Shown here: piece by piece, positions 10,180-19,000 of the stretch
Layout of the letters: each line of letters opens with the position of its first letter
Position numbering within the stretch: the first letter of the stretch is position 1
Assembly (NCBI GenBank): GCA_963662545.2
Contig: CAXXLL010000003.1
Span: 416,001-480,000, forward strand
From: Gammaproteobacteria bacterium
GTDB lineage: Bacteria > Pseudomonadota > Gammaproteobacteria > Ga0077536
Length of the DNA: 64,000 bases
Direction: 5' to 3'
Notes under the pieces: model-generated
The model's database searches: none
What the model saw: the letters and a program-made list of their open reading frames with translations, nothing else
What the model was told of the DNA's origin: nothing
Made by a program: the position numbers and the translations under genes

Positions 10180-11861
10180 ACAGGCATTTTCTTCGATGGG
10201 CACGGAGAAATCGAGGTGTTGAAAGTAGGTTGTTGGAGCGGTAGCGGCGGTTCGGTGGGGGTCGAAGGGCTCTTCGAGCGTAATTGTGAGTACGTTCGCC
10301 GGCCGCAGAGCGCTGCAACCCAAAGTCGCCCGTTCGACGATATCGAGGAGGTCAGTTAGTGCGAGTGAACGTCGCTATTCGAGTTGATAGCGCGCGAGCA
10401 GGCTGAGGTTGTAGGCGACCACAGAAGACCACACGTAGGCTTCGAAGTGCGGCAGGCTCTTCCAGGTGCAACGTGCCAATCCGTATGCACGCTTCAGGCA
10501 GGAGATACCGGCCTCGATGCCGGCGCGGAAGTTGCGCAAGCGTCGATAGACCCACTGACTCTTGACCATGTCGGCGATCGCGAGCCCGCGCTTCTTGTGG
10601 AAGGCAACGTCTTCGATGCCTTCTGCTTTCGCCGCCCGGAGATTGTCGAGGCTCGCATAGCCGCCATCGGCGGCGACCTGTCGTGGCATCGTCCCGTAGT
10701 GTGTTCGATGCCGTTCGAGCATCGGCATGAAGCGCTGACTATCGACCGGATTGCCTCGCTCGATGACCACGTCGAGGATGAGGCCACTGCGCCCCGAAGC
10801 CAGATTGATTTTGTGTCCGTACTGAACGTCGCGCGCACCCTTTATGATGATGTCGGTATGCGGCTCGAACAAGCTCACGCACTTCTCGCTCGCGGGGACC
10901 TTCTCACCGCCGAACACCCGCCGCTCAGTTTGCGAAATCACCTGCAGAACAAGTGTTTCGTAGTGCGCTACCTGCGCTAGCCAGTCCGGCAGTTCAACGC
11001 CGGTGACGCCCGGGCTCAGCAGCTGCTCACGTACCCTCGCTACCGCTTCCAAGGTTGAACGCGTCGCCCCAATCAAATCGCGATACAGACGTTGGCGTTG
11101 CTTCGCACCACGCGCATACCACAGCGCCCGCGCACGCTTCTTCGCCAATCGAGTGTGGTTCACGAAGCACAACTCCGGCGCGCCAGGCAACTCGCGCGCC
11201 TGTGCGAGCAGACGAACCACAACACGCACGCCATCCCACAGCAGATGACTGTCGCTCGGCGCGTGGATGGCACTGTCCGTTACCGTGCTATCAATCCGTA
11301 CACGCTGTGCCGGCTCAATGCGCGTCTCTTTCGCCGTCGCCAGCAGGGCGCGATGAATAGACTCCCACGTCGATACCTGGATCGCCGAGACCACCCGCTG
11401 TAAGGCAGACTTCTTCGGACGTTCATTACCCGGCAACCGGGCGAAGGCCTGAAAGCTCGCCGAGTCCTGCAGGTGAAAGGCCAGCTCCTCGTAACTCAAT
11501 TGCCGGTGCTGCTTGAGCACCGCGCAGCGCAGCACCGACTCCGCCGACAGTCCGCGTCGACCGGTGGGCTTCAAACCCCGCCGACACAGATCGTTCATGA
11601 CCGGCGTGAGGACCTTGGGGTGAGCATCGAGCCACTCGGACATGCCCTGCAGCTCTCGCCCCAGGTCATGGTCAGCAAACAGCTCGTATATACTCGCTTG
11701 GGCCGTGCGTTTCTGACGCATTCCCCCTCCTGTGGTGTCGATGATTGTGTGGAAAATCAGAGGTTTGAAGTTCCATTAGATCACGACCCACCGGAGGTTT
11801 CGATCCCTTAAGCGACAAATTTTCCTTTTTATTTCAACCGCATCGCGTTTAGGGATGCACA
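10167..11861 (-). mobile_element. ISNCY-family insertion sequence, copy 1
   Basis: Imperfect terminal IRs tgtccgtccataaac / gtttagggatgcaca, each bounded by CTAGCTAG; single 448-aa transposase. Confidence 0.88.
10375..11721 (-). CDS. ISNCY-family DDE transposase (ISRm17/ISDol1-like)
   Basis: RIDSTV, VSLFEPHTDII, AADGGYAS and RAGIEAGISCLKR DDE motifs; RBS aggaggg. Confidence 0.9.
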   Translation of the reverse strand: MRQKRTAQASIYELFADHDLGRELQGMSEWLDAHPKVLTPVMNDLCRRGLKPTGRRGLSAESVLRCAVLKQHRQLSYEELAFHLQDSASFQAFARLPGNERPKKSALQRVVSAIQVSTWESIHRALLATAKETRIEPAQRVRIDSTVTDSAIHAPSDSHLLWDGVRVVVRLLAQARELPGAPELCFVNHTRLAKKRARALWYARGAKQRQRLYRDLIGATRSTLEAVARVREQLLSPGVTGVELPDWLAQVAHYETLVLQVISQTERRVFGGEKVPASEKCVSLFEPHTDIIIKGARDVQYGHKINLASGRSGLILDVVIERGNPVDSQRFMPMLERHRTHYGTMPRQVAADGGYASLDNLRAAKAEGIEDVAFHKKRGLAIADMVKSQWVYRRLRNFRAGIEAGISCLKRAYGLARCTWKSLPHFEAYVWSSVVAYNLSLLARYQLE

Positions 11862-11869
11862 CTAGCTAG

Positions 11870-13564
11870 TGTCCGTCCATAAACAGGCATTTTCTTCGAT
11901 GGGCACGGAGAAATCGAGGTGTTGAAAGTAGGTTGTTGGAGCGGTAGCGGCGGTTCGGTGGGGGTCGAAGGGCTCTTCGAGCGTAATTGTGAGTACGTTC
12001 GCCGGCCGCAGAGCGCTGCAACCCAAAGTCGCCCGTTCGACGATATCGAGGAGGTCAGTTAGTGCGAGTGAACGTCGCTATTCGAGTTGATAGCGCGCGA
12101 GCAGGCTGAGGTTGTAGGCGACCACAGAAGACCACACGTAGGCTTCGAAGTGCGGCAGGCTCTTCCAGGTGCAACGTGCCAATCCGTATGCACGCTTCAG
12201 GCAGGAGATACCGGCCTCGATGCCGGCGCGGAAGTTGCGCAAGCGTCGATAGACCCACTGACTCTTGACCATGTCGGCGATCGCGAGCCCGCGCTTCTTG
12301 TGGAAGGCAACGTCTTCGATGCCTTCTGCTTTCGCCGCCCGGAGATTGTCGAGGCTCGCATAGCCGCCATCGGCGGCGACCTGTCGTGGCATCGTCCCGT
12401 AGTGTGTTCGATGCCGTTCGAGCATCGGCATGAAGCGCTGACTATCGACCGGATTGCCTCGCTCGATGACCACGTCGAGGATGAGGCCACTGCGCCCCGA
12501 AGCCAGATTGATTTTGTGTCCGTACTGAACGTCGCGCGCACCCTTTATGATGATGTCGGTATGCGGCTCGAACAAGCTCACGCACTTCTCGCTCGCGGGG
12601 ACCTTCTCACCGCCGAACACCCGCCGCTCAGTTTGCGAAATCACCTGCAGAACAAGTGTTTCGTAGTGCGCTACCTGCGCTAGCCAGTCCGGCAGTTCAA
12701 CGCCGGTGACGCCCGGGCTCAGCAGCTGCTCACGTACCCTCGCTACCGCTTCCAAGGTTGAACGCGTCGCCCCAATCAAATCGCGATACAGACGTTGGCG
12801 TTGCTTCGCACCACGCGCATACCACAGCGCCCGCGCACGCTTCTTCGCCAATCGAGTGTGGTTCACGAAGCACAACTCCGGCGCGCCAGGCAACTCGCGC
12901 GCCTGTGCGAGCAGACGAACCACAACACGCACGCCATCCCACAGCAGATGACTGTCGCTCGGCGCGTGGATGGCACTGTCCGTTACCGTGCTATCAATCC
13001 GTACACGCTGTGCCGGCTCAATGCGCGTCTCTTTCGCCGTCGCCAGCAGGGCGCGATGAATAGACTCCCACGTCGATACCTGGATCGCCGAGACCACCCG
13101 CTGTAAGGCAGACTTCTTCGGACGTTCATTACCCGGCAACCGGGCGAAGGCCTGAAAGCTCGCCGAGTCCTGCAGGTGAAAGGCCAGCTCCTCGTAACTC
13201 AATTGCCGGTGCTGCTTGAGCACCGCGCAGCGCAGCACCGACTCCGCCGACAGTCCGCGTCGACCGGTGGGCTTCAAACCCCGCCGACACAGATCGTTCA
13301 TGACCGGCGTGAGGACCTTGGGGTGAGCATCGAGCCACTCGGACATGCCCTGCAGCTCTCGCCCCAGGTCATGGTCAGCAAACAGCTCGTATATACTCGC
13401 TTGGGCCGTGCGTTTCTGACGCATTCCCCCTCCTGTGGTGTCGATGATTGTGTGGAAAATCAGAGGTTTGAAGTTCCATTAGATCACGACCTACCGGAGG
13501 TTTCGATCCCTTAAGCGACAAATTTTCCTTTTTATTTCAACCGCATCGCGTTTAGGGATGCACA
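11870..13564 (-). mobile_element. ISNCY-family insertion sequence, copy 2 (head-to-tail tandem)
   Basis: Repeats copy 1 at an offset of 1703 bp; one visible SNP (11789 C vs 13492 T). Confidence 0.88.
12078..13424 (-). CDS. ISNCY-family DDE transposase, copy 2
   Basis: Translation identical to 10375..11721. Confidence 0.9.
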   Translation of the reverse strand: MRQKRTAQASIYELFADHDLGRELQGMSEWLDAHPKVLTPVMNDLCRRGLKPTGRRGLSAESVLRCAVLKQHRQLSYEELAFHLQDSASFQAFARLPGNERPKKSALQRVVSAIQVSTWESIHRALLATAKETRIEPAQRVRIDSTVTDSAIHAPSDSHLLWDGVRVVVRLLAQARELPGAPELCFVNHTRLAKKRARALWYARGAKQRQRLYRDLIGATRSTLEAVARVREQLLSPGVTGVELPDWLAQVAHYETLVLQVISQTERRVFGGEKVPASEKCVSLFEPHTDIIIKGARDVQYGHKINLASGRSGLILDVVIERGNPVDSQRFMPMLERHRTHYGTMPRQVAADGGYASLDNLRAAKAEGIEDVAFHKKRGLAIADMVKSQWVYRRLRNFRAGIEAGISCLKRAYGLARCTWKSLPHFEAYVWSSVVAYNLSLLARYQLE

Positions 13565-13568
13565 CTAG

Positions 13569-13595
13569 CTAGAATTCTCAAGCTCGCGGCTCCTC
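13569..13595 (-). promoter_or_regulatory. Orphan RBS + TTG start (M-R-I-L), probable original 5' end of tpsB
   Basis: Minus strand reads GAGGAG (13595-13590), an 8-nt spacer, then TTG AGA ATT CTA G running directly into the IS junction; same strand as tpsB. Confidence 0.5.
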
Positions 13596-14033
13596 TTCCG
13601 TTACTGTATCAGGGCGGTAACAAAGGTCTCGCCGGCCTTTATCTACATCCCGGTGATGAAATGCGCCAAAAAATCGAAATGACGCCGTGGTTTATGCATC
13701 GAGTACCCAAATCCTCGGTGGGCCGTTGACAGTTCATGTGCCGGCGGCGAGCCGGTGAAAAACCGGGTTTTGTGCCAACCTGAGCACAATACCCCGGATA
13801 TTAGCCGGCAACGGTGGTCGAAAGTAAGCCTCGTGAAGGGTACCGGGCCGCGACTTGCGGCTATGGGCACGTTCCAGAAAACGACATTGTCCGAAGCGCT
13901 TATTGATGAAAAGTGACTTGTTACATAAACTTCAAGGTCCGCTGAACCATGGGCGAATAAGCGTGGGCGCGAAACGAGAAGCTCTGCCGATCCTCACGAG
14001 AAGCTCTGCCGAGGCAATCCCTGACGATCCCGT

Positions 14034-14933
14034 ATGGCCGCGAAAACCACCAATCTGACCATTTTATTCGCGGATATCAGCGGCAGCACCCGTCTGTACG
14101 AACTACTGGGCGACGCCCCGGCGCGCGCCAAGGTGGCCGGCTGCCTGGAAATGCTGACCGATGTCACCGAACGCTTTGGCGGCACCGTTATCAAAACCAT
14201 TGGCGACGAAATCATGTGTACCTTTCCAGACGCTGAAACAGCGGTCAACGCGTCATGTGAAATGCACGAAATGCTGGAAGATGACGTCACCGAACAGACC
14301 GCGGCCGGGCCGATATCACTGGCGATCCGGGTCGGGCTGCACCATGGGCCTGCCATCCTCGAAGCGGGTGACGTGTTCGGCGATGCGGTAAATGTCGCGG
14401 CGCGCATGGCCTCGATGTCTAAAGCCGGGCAAATCATCACCACACAATTGACCGTTGAAGAACTGTCTCCGATTCTCAAGGCCAGTACGCGTTTCATTGA
14501 TCGCGCACCGGTCAAAAGGAAGAAGGAGACAATAGACATCTTCGAGGTCTTGTGGCAGCAGGAAGACGTGACGCGCATGTCGACTGGCGTCATTCCGGAG
14601 CCGGTACAACAGGCCAAGCTCAAGCTGACCTACCACGACATCAAGCTCACTCTGGACCAAGAGCGAACGCAGGTCGTCATGGGCCGCAGTAAGTCCGCCG
14701 ACATCACGGTGGCCGAAGCCCTCGCCTCACGTCAGCACGTGCGTCTCGAAGCGCGCCGCGGAAAGTTTTACATCATCGACCAGAGTACCAACGGCACCTA
14801 CATCATGAACGGTGACCAGGAGAATTTCCTGCGGCGCGAAGAAATGCTGATCACCGGCAGCGGCCAAATCAGCCTGGGACGGGCGTTTTCCGAGAACCCG
14901 CAGGAAGTAGTCCACTTCAATAGTGACGTTTGA
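14034..14933 (+). CDS. Class III adenylate/guanylate cyclase with C-terminal FHA domain
   Basis: Cyclase motifs ILFADISGST, KTIGDEIM, DVFGDAVNVAARM; FHA motifs MGRS, ASRQH, STNGT. Confidence 0.92.
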   Translation: MAAKTTNLTILFADISGSTRLYELLGDAPARAKVAGCLEMLTDVTERFGGTVIKTIGDEIMCTFPDAETAVNASCEMHEMLEDDVTEQTAAGPISLAIRVGLHHGPAILEAGDVFGDAVNVAARMASMSKAGQIITTQLTVEELSPILKASTRFIDRAPVKRKKETIDIFEVLWQQEDVTRMSTGVIPEPVQQAKLKLTYHDIKLTLDQERTQVVMGRSKSADITVAEALASRQHVRLEARRGKFYIIDQSTNGTYIMNGDQENFLRREEMLITGSGQISLGRAFSENPQEVVHFNSDV

Positions 14934-15038
14934 CGGCGTCTGACCCAGGCGCAGACCGGAGCTCGATGCGATCGCGTAAAGAATGCCTGAAGTGATTTGC
15001 ACCCAAATGCACCGTCCACCCACAACGACTTAGACTTG

Positions 15039-15767
15039 ATGAGCGATCAGCCCTTCACATGGCAGTCGTCGGGGATCACCGATGTCGGCAAAGTCAGAAA
15101 ACTGAACGAAGACTCGTTACTCGACCGCGGCAAGGATGGCCTGTGGGTCGTCGCCGACGGCATGGGCGGTCATTCGGCCGGCGATCTCGCGAGTCAACTC
15201 ATCGTCAATTCGCTTGAGAAGCTCGATCCGAGCGACGACCTGGCCGAATTCGTCGAACGCGTCGAGGACGCGGTGCTGGACGTCAATAATCGCCTTTACG
15301 AAGTCGCCAACGCACACAACCAAACCAGCGGCAGTACCGTGGTGGTGTTGCTGGCGCGAAGCCGGTACGCGGTCGTAATGTGGGCGGGCGACAGTCGGCT
15401 CTACCGCCTGCGCGACGGCCAAATCGCGAAGATGATGACCGATCATACTCAGATCGAACTCTATATCGAGAAAGGCCTGATGAACCGGGCAGAAGCCGAG
15501 GGGCATCCGTCGAACAATATGGTGACCCGTGCGGTCGGCGTTACCGAACACCTGTTGCTGGAAATGGACATGTTCGAAATTGAAGACGGCGATCGCTTCC
15601 TGCTCTGTTCGGATGGCCTCGATAAACACGTTAAGGATCCCGAAATCGGAGAAATTATGAGCTCGGGCGCGCCCGAGGAGATCACGCGCGCGCTCGTGGA
15701 CCTGACACTCGAACGCGGCGCCATGGATAATGTGACCGTTTGCTTGGTGGAAATGTCGGAGACGTGA
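15039..15767 (+). CDS. PP2C-family Ser/Thr protein phosphatase (Stp1/PppA-like)
   Basis: TDVGKVRKLNEDS, VVADGMGGH, WAGDSRLY, LLCSDGL, DNVT. Confidence 0.95.
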   Translation: MSDQPFTWQSSGITDVGKVRKLNEDSLLDRGKDGLWVVADGMGGHSAGDLASQLIVNSLEKLDPSDDLAEFVERVEDAVLDVNNRLYEVANAHNQTSGSTVVVLLARSRYAVVMWAGDSRLYRLRDGQIAKMMTDHTQIELYIEKGLMNRAEAEGHPSNNMVTRAVGVTEHLLLEMDMFEIEDGDRFLLCSDGLDKHVKDPEIGEIMSSGAPEEITRALVDLTLERGAMDNVTVCLVEMSET

Positions 15768-16033
15768 CGATGCAATACCCTAACAGGTTGTTGAAAAACG
15801 ATGTCCCTATCGTTTTTCAACTCGCAAGACGAAAACGCGGTTTCCGTCTTGCTCCATCAATCAAGCACATAGCGTGCTCGATGGATGCCGGTACATCCCT
15901 GTACCGGACACAGGCCAGCCAATGCCCGGATGAACGAAGTTTGCGAATGTCCGGGAAGTCTGTATGTTTGAACCGGTGACCGACGATAGCCGTTCCGCGA
16001 CGCTAGCTGCGCCTATTCAGGGAGGCGTCCGTC

Positions 16034-19000
16034 ATGGCTGATTTCAAAACGACCCTGCAAAAACTCGCGCGCGGCGACATCGAGTTTGAAACCGTCGCCA
16101 AGAATATCGACAAGCTCTTGTCGAAAAAGCCACAGGCGGCCGTGGCCATCATGGATCAGCTCAAGCAGGCCGTGGTCGAGGAACTGATCGACGCCGAAAC
16201 CTATGCGCGGATCAAGACCCGCATCGCCGGTCATGTCGAAGCGGCGCCCTTGGGCGCTGCTGAGGATGATGCACGCACCGAGTTTGCAGGCGCCGACGAG
16301 ACTCAGGTCCTCGAGAGCCCCGACGACGCCACTGAAATCATCGATATCACCGGCGCCAGCACCCAGGCGCCGCCATCCGGCCAGACCACCGGCATCGATT
16401 TCGACCTGACCTCGGATGCCGGTTCCACTTCTGCATCCTGGCCGACGGACGGATCGCAAACGGGCGCAACCGGCACGGATTGGGCGCAGCCCGGTGAAGC
16501 GGCCGGAGCAACCCAGATCGCGCCCGGCGCGGTCCTGCGCGGACGCTTTCAGCTCGACTCGATCTTGGGCGTCGGCGGCATGGGCTCGGTCTTTCTCGCC
16601 AGCGACCTGATCAAGGTACGCGCTAAGGACAAGCACCCGCGTGTTGCGCTCAAGGTGCTGAACGAGGACTTCAAGGAACACCCCGATTCCTTCATCGCGC
16701 TGCAGCGTGAAGCGAGCCGCCAGCAAAAACTCGCGCACCCGAACATCGCGACCGTCTACGATTTCGACCAGACCGAGGACGGCCTCGCCTTCCTCGTCAT
16801 GGAGCTGCTCGAAGGCGAGGCGCTGAACGACTTTATCAAGAAGGTCGTCCGGAAAAAGGGCGGTCTGCCGTTCGAGGAGGCGCTGCCGATGGTCCACGGC
16901 CTGGGCGCCGCGCTCGTCTACGCGCACGAACACAACATCGTGCATTCCGATTTCAAACCCGGCAACTGCTTCATCACCAAGGCCGGGCAAATGAAGGTGC
17001 TCGATTTCGGCATCGCGCGCGCAGTGAAAAACCCGGGCGCGGCCGAGGGCGAAACGACAATATTCGATCCCGGCAAGCTCGGCGCATTAACGCCGGCCTA
17101 CGCCAGCGTCGAGATGCTCGAAGGCGAAGAGCCGGATACGCGCGACGACATTTACGCGCTGGCCTGTGTCGCCTACGAACTTTTAACCGGCAAGCATCCG
17201 TTCAACAAGATCCCGGCCAACAAGGCGCTAGCTAGCGGCCTCGCGCCCGAACCTATCAAGGGCATGACGCGCAAACAGTGGCGCGGGCTCGAACGCGGCC
17301 TCGCATTCAAGCGTGAAGATCGTAGTCAAAACACTGCCCAGTTCCTGGAAGAGTTTGAAGGCGCCACCTCGCCGTTCAAAAACCCGTTCATCATGGTGCC
17401 GGCGGTGGCCGTACTGCTGCTCGCCGTCGGGCTCTTTCCAATCTTGGGTTATCTCGACGAACAGGACACCCAAGCACGCATCGCTCTCGCACAGTCCAGC
17501 GACCCGGCGAATATCCAGGCGGTGCTGGATCAAATAGATGCCGAGGGCGATGACCTGGACCCCGAAAAACGTGACCGCATTCTGACTGGAGCAAAGAATT
17601 CCATTCTTGCCTACTTCGACAAGAGTGCCCGCGATCGGATTGACGTCGCGAACGGGCAGTACGACTTCATCGGCGCGGAACTCATCCTCTCCACCGTCAA
17701 AGAAAATTACACGATCCTCGCCGACTCGAGCGTGCTGCTCAAACTCGGAGAAGACATCAGTGACGGGAAGAACCGGCTGTTCGCCGAGCAGTTCGACAAG
17801 TTCAACACGGCGCTAGAAGAAGGCAGCCTGCTCGACGTCGAAGGCGAAAACGACATCCACGATGCGATGGCGATCGTAGGCCGGGTCGATCCCGAGCATC
17901 CCATGCTCAAAGACCGGCGCATCCCGGGCGCGTTCGCCGTGGCAATCAACCAGGCCCTGGAGAACCAAGACTTCGATTACGCCGACGACTTGAGCAGCGT
18001 GGGCCTCGGACTCGTCGAATCCGTCAATCTTACCAACCTGACTGACAAGATTGGTGGTGCACGCGAGCGGGCCGAAGCGACTGCCTCAATCCTCGCGGCG
18101 ATCGCCGCCATCCAGGAAGCGGTCGACTCGGGTGAAGGCCTCGCGGGGTATCTCAAAGTGCAGGATTCGATCGCCGATCTGGCGGCGCTCGATCCAGGCA
18201 ACGAATTGCTCGGCATTCTGGTCAAGGACATTCAACCACGAGCGACGAAGGATCTCGCGGCGCTCGAGAACTCGAAGGACTGGTCGAAGAGCGAACTCAT
18301 GCTCGGCGACTACAGCCGCATGCTGCGCTCGCTCGGCCTGCACGATCAGAATGCCCGCACCAGCACTTTACGCGAGGAATTTACCGGCGAAGTTTCCGAC
18401 CGCACCGTGGATATCACCACGGCCGTCGCAGCCGGCGAACTCACACCGCAGGCCGATCAACTTCTCGCGCAGCTTGCGACGATAGCACCTCGCAATGAGC
18501 GCACCCTGGACGCGAGCGACCAGGGTGCGCTGGCGCATTTACGAGCTGCTCAGAATGCGCGGGACCAAGGTAATTTGGGCGCCGGAACTATCGCCATTGA
18601 GTCGGCGCGCAAAGCCGCGCCTGGTGAGCACGTACTCGCGCTAATCGAGGACGAAGCGGCGATCCTTGGCGCCGAGGCGGCGCTTGATGACGCGGGGCGC
18701 AGCGCTGCCATGGCGGAACGCCGCGGCGAATTCGACGCTGCTTATCAATTTGTAAGCGAGGACGTAAACGCGCTCGAATCGGATCCGGAAGCCTTTGCCC
18801 TGGCCTTCGATGGCATCAATCACTTGCGTGGGCTCAATCCCACAGACGGAAGGGTCGAGCAACTCGCGAGCACAATGGCGACCCAGGTCGAGCAAGGCGC
18901 CGGTCAACTCAGTGAAGCGAAAGCATGGGACAACGCCGTCGCACTGATGCGCGAGGGACTGGTCAATCTTCCGCAATCAACCCAGCTCAGCGACCAGCTG

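Noticed and set aside
13573-13730. Continuation of the aspartic protease after the IS dimer
   Set aside because: The joined frames I translated lack the expected LIGRxxL motif, and the sequence is more GC-rich than the passenger region.
13600-14033. CRP or sigma-54 sites in the divergent promoter region
   Set aside because: Candidates (agtgacttgttaca; ttggcacaaaacccgg) have wrong spacing or lack the second half-site.
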